From assembly GCA_964016885.1 (NCBI GenBank), contig OZ024740.1, forward strand, positions 68,076,001 through 68,140,000: a stretch of DNA of 64,000 nucleotides, read 5' to 3'. Positions 48,656 through 63,389 of the stretch are shown here, one piece after another (position 1 is the first letter of the stretch; each line of letters begins with the position of its first letter). The DNA is from Eledone cirrhosa (Eukaryota). The position numbers and the translations under genes are program-made. The notes beneath the pieces are model-generated. The model made no database searches and had not been told where the DNA came from. It was given only the letters and a program-made list of their open reading frames with translations.

Positions 48656-50252
48656 GATATTCTAGTGACGGTACGCTTCTTCACGAAGGAAGGGGAGTCG
48701 GATCCCACAACTATGTCCAGTATAATTTGAATATTTTATGCGGTAAAAGGCTCGTTCGTTGTTTGAATCTCATAAATGTGTGAAGCTGTCAGTTTTGTTG
48801 TGTGGATTATTTCTGAATCCTTTTGTTGATGAATTTGATTTGCTATCTGAAATCAGATATGTATAATCAAGTGGTGTATTTACGATTTTCCTTGGTGATG
48901 AACACTTTTTCAATATTTTGCAATATTGAACTTTAATACTCTGTTCTTCGATTAACTGAACCTATAACTCTTAACTTAACAAAAACCTAGTTGAGTGGCC
49001 CAGTGGCATATGTAATCATAACATGGTTCGCAAGCCGAACTAGTGTGACACAAATACAAACACCCTACGGTTTTCCACAGTTGTCGACTGTTTCCGTTAC
49101 AGGTTTTAGGTAGACGGGAGGCTATAGTGAAGTCACTTACACAATAGTTTACACTGCGGGATCGAACTCGTGGTGTAATGTTTAGGAAGCGACGTCTCAA
49201 ACATTCCAGCATGCATACATAAATGACTATTGAAAACGTTTCACACAACATATGTTAAATATACTATGCTCACTGTGCAAATTCTCCATCGGCAATGTTC
49301 CCCGATTGTTTTGCAAACTCATGCTTTCTTCTACACAGATTGAATGTAACGAAGGTGGCACGCCCACCATTTGAACATCAGAATCAAATGCAACACCACA
49401 CACTGTCCTCATCGTAGACAAATGCATATGTTTGAAAGGGCTTTGAAACATGCTGTGTCACGCTGAATTCTTCTAGGTATTACGTTAATTGTATACATGT
49501 CTGTAGATTATACAATCACTTTCACGATAATTTTCACGAACAGGCATTCCGCTGGTCAAAGGATTTGAACAATCATTATCGGAACCGACGGAGGTTCATC
49601 TAAAGTTACCATAATTTACTCTTTATCTTATGATTTATCTGAAATAAATACTGTATAATTAAATGAAAAACCAAGTTAAAAGTGATGCGCTAGTTTTGCT
49701 GTTCTTCAATCGGCTATTTCATTTACGAATAACTATCTTGGAAATCTAAAAGGTAAGTGTATGGCAAATATTAGAGTGTAGTCAACTATGTAGTATATCA
49801 CTCCGTCTGTTAATGATTTGATCTCAGTTCTGAATGTGATCAACTTTTACCTTGTGGAATGAACAGTATTTATCAATTACTGGTGCTAATTAAATCGTGT
49901 GTATTCTATAAACATTCTACTAAACATTTTGCTAACTTTTGGAGACGTGTGTCTGTACGTTACGTCTGCAAACTATAGCTGGATTAAGTTGTGTGTTATT
50001 GAAAATGTTTTCACCTTCAAATTTACCTTTTTATAACAAAAAACGTGGTGCTTCTTTTTAAACATGCTCGAGGTCAGTAGTCGAAGGCGACAATGGATGT
50101 ATAGAATTTAATTAGTCCCATTATAGCGTTGCTACTTATTTTACCATTCTTCGAACGATTAAATGCACCATTCACCCCTACAGGATAAGAATTTAGTACA
50201 ACGAGAAAGAGGAAAATGAAATTGGTTGCAAGATCATTAAATTTCAAAAAGT

Positions 50253-50344
<92 letters not shown>

Positions 50345-50363
50345 CATACATACATACATACAT

Positions 50364-50424
<61 letters not shown>

Positions 50425-51508
50425 AGTATGTGAGTATGTGTGTATGTGTTTGTGAGTGTGGGTCTGTGTGTGAGGGTGTGTCTATGTGTGTGTGTGTATG
50501 TGCATGTGTATGTAAGCATGTATATATATATATATATAAAATGAAATAATAAAGTTAAAAATGCAAATGCACAATGCTTTAAAAATACTCTATTCAGAAA
50601 TTCACTTGAATATCGTTATACATTGTCATATGCCTCCTTCCAGAAACCACTGTAAAAGGAAAAATATAATTTTTATTTTGCAACGAAAACACATTTAACT
50701 TTCTTCTAGCTACTGCGTATTTTATTCTTAATAGGTTCTGTCAGATCAATGACACACACACTAGCTAAATGTCTGTCTACAACTCCCCGCTGCAGTTGTC
50801 AGCGATCTAAGATTTAATTAAATTTCTTTAACACTTGTGTATGGTGCAAAATAAAACTACAAAATTTATTTGGTAAAGGAGACATAACTGATGTCTGTTC
50901 TGCTTTCTCTTACGTTCTTGCTGCTAACGTGTCCCTTAACCTGTTCTCTTTCTATGTCTATAATGTTCAACCTCTGTCTAAACTAACCATACTTCATTAT
51001 ATACGAGCAATGTGATAACTGTTAAAAATATACGCCATAATTAATTCCATCTGTCTGTGTATATAATATAGCCTAGCTGCCGCCCAGTATCCACTATGGA
51101 CAGGTTACTATGTACACTCTGGGTTTTTGTAATTAGAATTCTTTCTTCGAGTAGTTTGGTTGAGGCAGAGTATAGATAAACTACTTCCGTTGGCAGATGC
51201 TATGTGCAATCAAATCCGATGTCTAGAGGTTCTAAGATCACATACCATGTGGAGACACTTTGCCTTTCGAGCCTTTGTGGTCAATAAATCACTGACTAGG
51301 AATCTGTTTAGGTCATGTCGATTGGTTACATTACCATTTTACAAATAGGCCAATTTGCTACTAATTAAATAGCCAGCTTTGCACCAAGGCCAGAATATAT
51401 GAGATATGAAGCAGTAAATAGAATGATATATATCTGAGCTAATAGTACTTATATGAATGTCGTTCATTTGAGGTATTTCAATTGCACCATAAACATAAAC
51501 ATAACACA

Positions 51509-51542
<34 letters not shown>

Positions 51543-51621
51543 TTTATATATATATACATATATATATATATGCCCGCATACTTATATATATTTATTTACT
51601 CAAACATCTCTCTCTCTCTCG

Positions 51622-51786
<165 letters not shown>

Positions 51787-51799
51787 GGGGGGGGGGGAG

Positions 51800-53503
51800 T
51801 AAAAGATCGGAGAATAGACCGTTAAAACATGTTTATTTAAAACACCACCTGCACCTACGTACGTTTCGCCCAGTTGGGCTTCTCAAGGGCATAAATAATC
51901 ACAAGTGTTCCTTATATTTCTCGGAAAGAGTTTTTGTGGTTAAATCCACATCAAGCTTCATTGCTCCCAAACATATCTTGTTTTGATTTTGCAGCAGGTC
52001 AATGGAGGTAACTCTGGCCGGTGTTAGGGCAGTCTTTCCCGGACAATTTTTTTTTTTTTTGCTGCATCCATTTGTCTGAGGCTGGGTCTGGTATGCAAGG
52101 ATTGTTGCCTGGGTGTTATTTTGCAGCGCCTGCCCGCCGAGGTGTTAAGACTTGTTGCAGGGAGATCCAGTGTACGGTTTCACTCTTCATCCTTAACCCA
52201 TCTGAAGAAGGATATTTTTAAACGATGTGTTCAACTTATCTCTGTTTCAGCTCTGCTGTTTATGAGCTCGTGGGGTGCAGTTATGATGTGGTAGAGCTCC
52301 ATGAGGCAAAGATCGCATTTCCTCTTGAAGTTGTACGGTGCAGCCCTGCCGACAATCTCCCAGTTCGTGGAGAAGCTGATGTTTAAGTCCTTTAGTGATG
52401 TGATGTAGTCCGCGAGCGAAGTGGAGTGCCTTAGTTTTCTATTTGTGAAAGAGTGGAGATGTGTTCGAAACCTAATTTTGAACGGGCCGGAGATAGCCCC
52501 TATATAATGTTTAACGCTATTGTGGCTAGTAATAGTGCATCTATATATAACCCTATCAGTCAAGCAGTATCCTCTAAGGGGGCAGCGTCCTCTGTCGCGG
52601 CAGTTGCAATTTCTGTCGCGGTTCCGTCTATTTCCCACGGTAAGGCTATCATTGTTGCTGCCTAAGTTGTTACCTACGCTACCGCAACTGTCGTTAGCAC
52701 CATTACAACCCACAGCACGCGGGGTCGTGCGATTGTTATTCCGCACGTCATGTCTTGCATGTTCCCCAGTCATTTCGCGGTTATTCTGGTTGCGTCTGCG
52801 GATACCGTTGCCAACACTATTGGATGCTGCCAGGGAGTTGTCAAGGCCGATATAGTTATTGTCAGGTGTAGGTGTGTCTGTGTCGAGGTGCTGTGTCTTG
52901 GTGATCTTACTGTGGTTCGTTGTTCCTATGATGTCTGCTAGGTTAGGAGTAGTAGAGAAGGATATGTTTATATTGTTCCTATTAAGAATTTTTCTATACC
53001 TATGGTTGGGCGGTAAGTTCTTCTCTAAGGCTTCGAAGAACATCCGGGGTATGTTGGAGGCCACACTCCGAGAGTAGGGGTGTGGAACCATAGGACGTTA
53101 CGGTGGCGATTACATGTCCTTGTACTTTTGCTACGGGAGGTTCCATCTAAGTGACCGCTCTTATGTGTGTTAATGCGCAGTCGCCCATTCGGTGCCCCTT
53201 TCACTTTATGCTCGGGTGCACTCTTCCTACCTCTTCCATGTTTATGTACACGAAGATGTTGGTTGGAAGGCGTTTGTAGTAGGCCGTCGCCTTTGTTGGT
53301 TTTGTAATAGGGGAATAGTTTGAGTAATCTATAGTGTTCACCGTCGCCGGGGTCGTGATCTTTGGTGCGGTTATCTATTCTATTATATCTGACTGCAACG
53401 AGGTCGCCGCGTGATCGGTTATAGGTATGGCTTACTATAACGTTAGTTTTATGAGGGGGTGGTTTCTAGAGCTAGCGTTAGGGATGTAGGACATTCCTCG
53501 CAT
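51800..53503 (-). mobile_element. Second PLE family, 3' portion (RT thumb + GIY-YIG + 3' repeat with HHR)
   Basis: ORF 52231-53091: KILNRNNINISFS..PN, CNCRDRGRCPLRGYCL, VIYRC..HYIG..FKIRF..H..SF, CDLCLME. Confidence 0.85.
51850..51891 (-). ncRNA. Hammerhead ribozyme family J (U3-A8) in the PLE 3' repeat
   Basis: rc UGCCC UUGAGAA GCCC-AACU-GGGC GAAA CGUACG UA GGUGCA; palindromic ACGUACGU. Confidence 0.82.
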
Positions 53504-53504
53504 T

Positions 53505-55571
53505 TAGTGTTTTCTTATAACTATATTGATATCGTCTACATAACGAGAGTACATGATGAGGTCTATGGAGCTCTCATTAAGGAGATCTTTAAGTCTCCTT
53601 TCCCACCATACCATGAAAAGGTTGGCAACATCACCAGCTATACTGACGCCAATGGCTGCTCCCTTATTTTGGGTGTAGATCTTCTCGTTGAACTTAAATA
53701 TGTGGCCCTTTAGGGTAGCTTTGATACTAGCCCCTATTGCATGTGCGAACATTTTTCTTACCTGATCATTGTTTTGGGGGGTCTGTGTAGCTTTGGTCCA
53801 CCCAATCCACCTTCCCATGGAAGTATTTTTTGCCATTGAGGTTATGGTGGGGGGTCTACCCCTTATAGGTCTACTGGGGCAGAAACGTCTAAGGTCATGG
53901 CTGTCTAGGTAGTCAGTGTCGTAGGTAAGTCTAAGTAGGAGGCCCAGTTCGTCTGTGTCGACGTCACAGAACTCCACATCACTCTCAATGATCATCTCTA
54001 CACATCTTTTCACAGCAAAATCAATGTTAATGAATGGGTACAGTGACACCACATCCATTCTGCCTATTATGCAGTTGGATAGGTTCCTGTTTTTGTTGCA
54101 CTCACTGATTCTGCTGAGGAGGTCCTCTGTACTGCTTGGCTTTAGGATGTCGGTCCACATCATCGTGTGAGCGTTGAGTATTTTCTCTCTCACATCGTGT
54201 GTTTGTTGTGCAATTTCGCTCGTGTTGGTGATGTGGGGTTGCATAGCCTTAATATAGTTCGGCATGCTATCTATTGACATTCTACCAGACTTATCCGTGG
54301 GTAGACATACTACCTCACCATCCCTTGTGAGCTGCTTGAAGCTAACCAAGCCTTCTACAGGTTTCCTCCCAAGTTGTGGGGCCTCTGGTCTGCTCTGTCT
54401 CTTAGTATACCTGTCTACTATTTGTCTAATCTTATTTCTAGCTATGGTGAACTGTTTTTCTGTCTCGTCATCTATTTATTTGAAAAGCCACCTCATGGTA
54501 CGACAACCAGAGATACCAGAGTGTCATGTTTGTGGACGCTACCCCCGGAGGGAAATTAGCTAACCAGTGTAGAAAGGCCCTGAGAAAGACCCACTTAAAA
54601 ATTAAGGTGCTAGAAAAGCCAGGAACCACCATAAAATCCTTGATCAGCAAAACCTACCCTTTTAAGAAAACCCACTGTACCAATAGGAAGTGTATCATAT
54701 GTAAGGTAAACCCCCGGATAAACTATAAAACTAGAAACGTAGTCTGTAGCATAAGATGTACAGAGGGTACTTGCAGAAACATGACAACAACATACATAGG
54801 TGAGACAGCTCGTAGCATAGGTGAAAGGATAGACCAACACTGGGGGGCACTAAAAGGACGAAAAAACGGGTCAGTGCTATACGAACATGCTAGACAACAA
54901 CATGACGGTAACATAGACAACATAGAAATTAGAATAATATCTAAACATAGGAATGACCCAGCAGATAGGCAAATCAGAGAGGCCAGTGAAATATAAATTA
55001 GAAGGCCAAGACTAAACAGAAAGAATGAATGGAATAACAACAACACCCAAACAAACAACACTGACCTAAGAGAAGTATAAATAAGTAAATAAAATAAAAT
55101 AAAATAAATAAATAAATAAATAAATACATACACAAACACAATAACAACAAGCACATAAACACACACTAGTCACCCATCACACAGCAAACAAAACACTATA
55201 CACCCATGCAAACGCATGCGCAAAGAAGACAAAATAAAATAAACAAACAAGCAAATAAATAAATAAATATATAAACAGACTGAATAAAAATGGCGTAGAC
55301 ATGTAATACAACAGGAGGAAACGATAACACCACTGACGATGTTGCAGATGTGCAACGAAAGATTTATGATAAACTATATATATGTGTTTGTGTCTATATT
55401 GTATCCGTATTATTTTTGACCGTCGGTCAGTCAATGGAAACATTGAGGACCGAATAAGTTAGATTACCGATATAAAAGACAGCGAGAAGCGAAAACCAAC
55501 CAAACAGTGAGTGTGTTCTGTTATTAATTCTGGCAATATTACACAAATATGACCCTCCCCAATATAACAAT
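53505..55571. mobile_element. Second copy of the 11.6-kb PLE with a 5' inversion: RT segment minus (53505-54480), EN + 3' repeat plus (54485-55571)
   Basis: Near-identical translation to 12305-13480 and 14010-15128; in-frame 210-bp deletion relative to 12652-12861. Confidence 0.92.
55329..55370 (+). ncRNA. Hammerhead ribozyme family D, second copy
   Basis: ACCA CUGACGA U GUUGCA-GAUG-UGCAAC GAAA GAUU UA UGAU. Confidence 0.8.
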
Positions 55572-55612
55572 ATATATATATACATATATGAAACGAAATT
55601 TCATTTCTCACT

Positions 55613-55689
<77 letters not shown>

Positions 55690-56754
55690 TTCAAGAGTAA
55701 ACCATCTTAAATAGAGAGACATAGATAGGATAGGAGAGATTGGTGAAGGTATTAGAACCCAAAAGCTTAAAAGCGGGTGCTCGATGTCCAATATGCAGTG
55801 GAAAGCATTTGGAAAACTGGGATTCATGCGGAGGTTAGGTGTACAGAGCTCGAACTATTCAGTAGTTAAGGAAATCAAGACCTCAAACTCACATAGAAGA
55901 CATTAGTCAAAGAGTACCGACATTAAATAAACAATGCCGCCTATCGCATTAGATGGTTTCTAGTAGAAAAACTACCTTATTATATAGAGATGGGTTTCGA
56001 GGGAGATGACTCCTTGAAGAGCCAAAGGCCCCAATGTTAGTAGTAACCAAGATAATCCAAGGGTGGTAGCTTATAGTTATAGTCACAATGAGATTTGTAA
56101 CTATGATAATGCAAGGGATGTAATTTATACGTGTTTATGTGGGGGACTAACGATGTCTTTAGTCTGTTAGTTATAGGGAGGAGCATGACAAAAGGGTAGG
56201 CTAAGTTGGGTCGAATATTCTGTTAGCGAAGGAGTTCGCTCTGCGGTGGTGGCAGTTGATAACCAACTCATGTTTGTCATTGATGGGAAGTGGCCTTGAC
56301 AATGTTATGTGATAGGCCTCGGTAAGACAGAGATCGCAACAGTTTCTTCTCCCATTAGACGCTGGAGATCTAGCTAAGGTATCCCAAGTTAATGAATGTT
56401 CAATGTTGGCTAGTTTAAGGTTTTTAATGAGCCTGGTTAGAGAAGTTGAGCATGTATGGCTAGGGTCGCGGAAGGAAATTGAGTGCACATTATAGTGAAC
56501 CTTAAAGGGGTTAGTCGTAGAGCCAATATAAGAGCTAGTAGATGAGACCGTTCTAACCATGCACCTATATACGATATTAGGCGTAAGGCACTGCCCGTTA
56601 AGCGGGCACGCAGTGGGGTTACGGCAGTTGCAATTACGAATGCGATTAGTAGGATTAGGGTTGTTTAAACTATGGGGCTGGTGTGTACTAATGGGATTGG
56701 AGGGGGGAGTTCGAGTTCTGCTTCTAGGATGAGTATTGGTATGGTTGCATGGTG

Positions 56755-56755
<1 letters not shown>
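55690..56755 (-). mobile_element. Third PLE family fragment (GIY-YIG + 3' UTR), related to 51800-53503
   Basis: CNCRNPTACPLNGQCLTPNIVYRC..SYIG..FKVHY..H, CDLCLTE, CHHR. Confidence 0.82.
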
Positions 56756-56785
<30 letters not shown>

Positions 56786-56837
56786 ATACATATATATGTG
56801 TGTGTGTGTATGTATATATATATACATAATTGTTTCT

Positions 56838-57016
56838 GCTTTTGGCACAAGGCCAGCAATTACCTAGTGCATTACTGCTACTTTATTTTATCGACCCGGT
56901 AAGGATGAAAGGCAAAGTTAACCTCGGCGGGATTTGAACTCAGAATGGCAAGGGCCATAACTCTATGCGTCAAAGCATGGCGTCCGACCCTCTACCGATA
57001 CTGCCAACCCACCACC
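56838..57016 (-). mobile_element. tRNA-derived SINE (5080-5735 family)
   Basis: Nearly identical to 21755-21932. Confidence 0.85.
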
Positions 57017-58048
57017 GAGATTAATATTAATAATAATGACAACAATAATAACAACAATAATAACAACAATAATAAAAAAGAAAAGGAAACAAATAAAAGA
57101 ATAGGAAAATATTGAGAAAAAGAGAAAAGGAAAGAGAAAAAGGAACGGGAAGTGGATGGGGATGGCAAGAACTCTAGTGTCACAGAAGAGAGGAGAGGAG
57201 TGAAGGGGAACCTATTTCTTTATCTGTCAAATATGTTCTACACAGACTTAACAATGTACTCAGTGTTTCCATTATGTTGGAATTGTTATATTTATTAGTA
57301 GTTTCGTAATAAACATTAATTTCTGTCATGTTTCGGCAAAGGTATCTTTAGTAAGCAGTATCTATAATAGCAACTGTGCCTCCTATTTCGGTTTCCTTAA
57401 TTGCAATGTCAGTGTCTTATAGTTATTTAAGTTGTTCCTATTCTAATCTTAAGAAATTTGATTTTATATTCCTCATTCTATCAGTATAGGTCGAAAAACA
57501 TATAAGTAATCTGAACAAATTATCCAATGTTTCATTTGTAAGTTTTGGGCGAAAATGTCAATTCAAAATGTCACAAAATTATGTGCTGTTACTCTTCGTT
57601 TACGACATAATTATGTGTGCAAAGATTATCTTATTCATTGCTTTGTACGTATTTGTGTTTCTGTCATATGTTTTTCTGATCAGAAGTTTTATTTTCTAGT
57701 TTAGAGTTTCTAGATTATTCTTCTTTATACATATTGGTCGATCTTAGATACTCTCCTGGTATCAGTCACTGTATCATTCAGGAGATGTTGTGACAAGCTG
57801 TGTTTATCTTTCTTCATATTGTTAGCTATATTTCCTTTATATTGGTATCATTCCTTGGATTCTTTGGTATGTGTGGTTTAGGGACGGCAGGTATTTTACT
57901 TTATTCTACGATTTACAAGATTCTTAATCCATATACTGTTTATAAGCACGTGTTATAATCGTTATTATATTCCGTTCAATTTTTGTCTCTATACCAGACT
58001 GCCTTTGTCCCATAAGCAAATTAATTCCTAATCTCCTTTCTCGCCGAT

Positions 58049-58118
<70 letters not shown>

Positions 58119-58321
58119 GAATAACTCACCTCCTACATATATATATATGTAGGAGGTGAGTTATACACACACACACATATATATATATGTAGGAGGTTAG
58201 TTTTATTGTAGCCCAATAAAGCAATGCAAATATCGGATAAGTAGCACTCAACAGTTTATCGGACTGGAGTATATATAAGAAAGTATATATAACTAAAAGA
58301 TGGTTAAGAAAGTTCCATGTA

Positions 58322-58388
58322 TTTTATTATGCGCATTTCAAAAACAAATATCATCCTGGAACTATATTTGCTTTCTCATCAGATAAAA
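58322..58388 (-). ncRNA. Type I hammerhead ribozyme family K, canonical core, inside fold-back 58290-58585
   Basis: rc UUUUAU CUGAUGA GAAAGCAAAUAU-(12 nt)-AUAUUUGUUUUU GAAA UGCGCA UA AUAAAA; the inverted copy at 58528-58560 is internally deleted. Confidence 0.88.
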
Positions 58389-58589
58389 TAGGGAGACATG
58401 ATATGAAGCTTAAAAAAAACACTTGTGAACAAGGTAGTGTTTAAACAACATATGTTGTTTAGACATATGTTGTTTAGACACTACCTTGCTCACAAGTGTT
58501 TTTTTAAGCTTCATATCATGTCTCCCTATTTTATCTGATGAGAACGCAAATATCGTCCATGGAACTTTCTTAACCATCTTTAATTTCTT

Positions 58590-58632
<43 letters not shown>

Positions 58633-58677
58633 AGACAGAGAAAGGGAGAGAGAGAGAGAGATAGAGAGAGAGAGAAA

Positions 58678-58754
<77 letters not shown>

Positions 58755-58755
<1 letters not shown>

Positions 58756-59170
58756 ACCAACCAACTGTCAATAAATGTGGTCACTCTAATTGTGGAACCT
58801 GCACTCACCTCATTGAAGGCAACACGTATACATTTAAATCAGGACAATAGTTTGGTGGAACAATCACTTCACTTGCTCATCAGAAAATCTAATTTATGCC
58901 ATTAAATCTAAAGGATGCAATGAAGATTATATAGGACAAACTAAACTCACACTCAGAGACAGAATGACAGTTCATCGACAACAATTACGAGATCCAACCA
59001 CGAGACAGATACCACTAAGCGCACATATAGACATGTGCGCAAGTAATAAGACACTCAAATTTCAAGTCTTCCCATTTTACCTTTGCGCTAACAATACAAC
59101 AAAACAAATACGAATAAATAAGGAAAATATGTTTATTCAAAAATATAGACCAGCATTAAATATGGTTTAA
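58755..59170 (+). mobile_element. Fourth PLE family fragment (GIY-YIG domain, decayed)
   Basis: KCGHSNCGTCTH, TCSSENLIYAI, YIGQT..LRDRMTVHRQQ, PLSAH, ENMFIQKYRPALN. Confidence 0.75.
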
Positions 59171-60053
59171 TACACATTATGTCAACACCATAACATGCTA
59201 ACCATCCAAACAGACACATACACACAAATATAACACCTTCTACTTCAGAAAATAAAAACCCGAACTAAATAAACCTTAACATACGTTTGCGCTGACAATA
59301 CAACAGAACAAATACGAATAAGTAAGGAAAATATGTTCATTCAAAAATATTCCTACTAAAGGAATCATTTTCCTACACACACGCACACAATATATATATA
59401 TTCTCTTCATCTTAACATGCTAACCATACTCCCACACACATAACGCCCCCCCCGTACACACACACAACTCCCTCCCCCATTTCTACTAATAGAATCATCT
59501 TCCAATACACACATACACACACACACAAGCAGACAAATAAACATACACATATTTACTTTCTTTACTTCAATAGAAAATCTGAATTCTGAGACGCCAGCGA
59601 ACTAACCATATTCACTGAACCAGAACAATTCTCCCATCCTATTTCTCTTGACCATTATCTTTTGCTTGTCATAAAATTCTCTAAAAATGCTACAGAATAG
59701 ATTTGCAAATAAGGGCGCGAAAATTTAATGAAAACTTGTTCACGTGACAGCAATAATTTCATTTATAACCAATCAAATTACGTTTATTAAAAAAAAGCCT
59801 TAGTGAGCCCCCTTTTTTTAAGTAAAAAGTAATTCAAACACTCATATATGAAAAAGCAACCTGTGCCAACGATGTTGGATCACAAAGTGCACCTGTGACA
59901 TAGAAGTGGTAGAATTGATCCAGTATATAACATACTTTCTGGCTTATGTTGCTCAACGATTCAATGTAGACATTAATTTTTCAAACATTGTTCCAACAAG
60001 TGATTTGAGTTGCGGTCCGTGAATATATGTGTATGTACATATGTGCGTATATA

Positions 60054-60119
<66 letters not shown>

Positions 60120-60427
60120 CACACACACACACACATATATATGTGTGTTTTTTGCTGGGGCGATCATAAATATATTTTTTATATTTTTTATTGTTTTACT
60201 AAGCGTAATAACTGATAAAATATATGTACAGGAAATTAGAAACGTTGAGCAGCAGTAACAAGAGATGACAGAGTATCTAGCTAAATCTCTTGTGTGTAAG
60301 TTTCATCGAATGAGTATATATTTAATCATATAATTACAGATATGTACACACGCCCACACATACACACAAGTATTCCTATATATGTTTATATATATACACA
60401 AACCAAGATACATGCCAACACCGCCAA

Positions 60428-60567
<140 letters not shown>

Positions 60568-61102
60568 GGAAAGAAGGTTGACATGGTTTGCTATACAAAA
60601 AGGTTTTTAATCTCATAGCTGACAATTGTTTCTCTGAACTGGTAGGTCTAGAGATCGCTATTCGCTTATTTTCACGTTACTCGATCGCCAATACAAAATT
60701 ATAACAAGTCAGATCTTCGGAGCATGCGAGAATGAAGAAAATACACAGGCAAGAAAAGAATATACAGGCTACTATATGAAGTAGTAATGGCATTCAATTA
60801 GAACAATAACAACAATTACAACAATGCTATTAATAAATTATTTGAGGAGACCCTGACATTACTTAGGTGGGGGGGTATAATGTATCTAACGTTACGGCGT
60901 GTAAAGCTAGCTGTCATGAGGCAAAAGTAAGAGTTTGGCATGTACAGAGTATCGAAGTGTGTATCAATTTTAAATTATAAAGATAAGCCAGTGTTTACAG
61001 TCTTTCTTTTCATCTTCAATAGTATACATGAGTGGGACAACACTGTCAAAGCTAAATACTTGTTGAGTTAATACAGAGGTTAACGAAGTAATATACGCAT
61101 AT

Positions 61103-61187
<85 letters not shown>

Positions 61188-61484
61188 CATGCATGTGTAC
61201 ATAGACACATACATACACATCAATATACACTCGTACAAAAATATACATACATGCAAAGAGATAAGCGTGCTAATTGTAATTATGGCAAAAGGAAGGTAAA
61301 GTTACATTGTAGTAGTGATTTGAGAAAAACTAGGATTTAGGATCAAATGATGGCAGCAGCTGAGAAGGAATAAGTTTGTGGGTAGATGAGGTTCTTACAG
61401 ACATTTGTGTATCATCCACTACCTGGAATACCATAACTGGACTTTACCTAAGAGGACTGCATTTAACTATTATTTGTTACCCCG

Positions 61485-61560
<76 letters not shown>

Positions 61561-61587
61561 TGTGTGTGTATGTGTGTGTGTGTGTGT

Positions 61588-61659
<72 letters not shown>

Positions 61660-61752
61660 GAAGTCATTGCGTCGGAAAGGTCCAGGAAAAAAGAGTGTTC
61701 TATGTAGGTTACAGAGCTTATTTATGTAATAAACAACATAAGATGATTATTT

Positions 61753-61806
61753 CATTTACCAGTGGTTTCTTGAAAGCAAATAAATCTGCTTTTAGTCGTC
61801 AGAATG
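61753..61806 (-). ncRNA. Type I hammerhead ribozyme family L
   Basis: rc CAUU CUGACGA CUAAAAGCAGAU-UU-AUUUGCUUUCAA GAAA CCACUGG UA AAUG. Confidence 0.82.
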
Positions 61807-61861
61807 AAAACATCCTGGTGTTTTTATTCGAATCCACATTCAATAAAAACACCAGGATTTC

Positions 61862-61920
61862 TTTCATTCTGACGACTGAAAACAGATTATTTGCTTTCAA
61901 GAAACCACTGGTAAATGAAA
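61862..61920 (+). ncRNA. Type I hammerhead ribozyme family L
   Basis: UUUCAUU CUGACGA C UGAAAACAGAUUAUUUGCUUUCA A GAAA CCACUGG UA AAUGAAA; 7-bp stem I. Confidence 0.85.
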
Positions 61921-61947
61921 TAATCATCTTATGTTGTTTATTACATT

Positions 61948-62012
<65 letters not shown>

Positions 62013-62133
62013 GCTTAGATAGCAGAACGTATGTGTAACAAAACCACTCTCGTTCTGTGTATTACAGTATGGTATGGATGAAGGACTGTCAGTGAATAAA
62101 AATTGATTGATGTTATAAGTGTTCATTGTTTTC

Positions 62134-62255
<122 letters not shown>

Positions 62256-62575
62256 GGGCGTGTGTGTATATATATATGGAAATGAAATTAGAATGTTATT
62301 GCTCGACCTAGCACACATATATACTATTAAAACTCTATGAGTATTTGCTTGTATGTATTTTAATACAACCAAACAGTGCATAATAGGAAAATACTTTGCC
62401 CCTAAAACGGAAATACTATTGGAATAAAACACGTTCCGCATAAATCGGAGCACGGGTTCCCAATATACGGATTTTTGCCGGGTTCCTTCATAAATAGAGA
62501 ATAGGGGAAGTTAGAGAGAAAAATATAGTAGTTGTGAGAGAGCTGATTGAAAGAGAGAGAGAGAGAGAGAGAGAG

Positions 62576-62650
<75 letters not shown>

Positions 62651-62920
62651 AGAGCCGGTGAGAGAGAGAGTGAGTGAAGGAGACAGAGTAGAAACATGGA
62701 GGAGAGAGAGAGAGATAATTAGTGGGGTTGTTGAATAACAGATGAGTTCAAAGAGATTCGAATACAGCATTACTGCATCTGATTAGTGAATATTAAGTCA
62801 CATGTATCATATCATCTGTAGTAGGACATGATATACGTAACGAATATTTCCGGCTAAATATGAAGGATTTGTTAGTGTGTGTGGGTATATGTTTGTGTGT
62901 CTATGACCAGTGTATATAGT

Positions 62921-62978
<58 letters not shown>

Positions 62979-63389
62979 CACACACACGCGCACACACACA
63001 CACACACGCGCGCGCACACACACAGACACACACACATATATATGTATATATATATGTAACAATTAGAAATTGATTAACATATAAATAAACATGAAACAAT
63101 CATAGGGGATAATTTGTACAAGTGTGTAAGCACACATAGCTAGGTAGGTAACTAAATAAAGTTAACTAGAACTTCAAAAATAGATACCTTATAAGATGAT
63201 TAATCTTCCTTGTATATATTCTATTAAAGAAATATATTTCACCAATTAATCGATTGGTAAACGACAGTAGCCAGTACTTGGATTCTCAACAAGGAAGAAG
63301 TTCAGCCGTCTGTGTTTACGCGTTAAGTTCAAATCACCGACTGGCCAGTAACACGTGCTGTATCTACTAAAAAATACACCCATCATAGT

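Larger units (their letters stand above)
61725..61944. mobile_element. About 220-bp palindrome of HHR element family L
   Basis: 61725-61828 is the reverse complement of 61842-61944. Confidence 0.88.
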
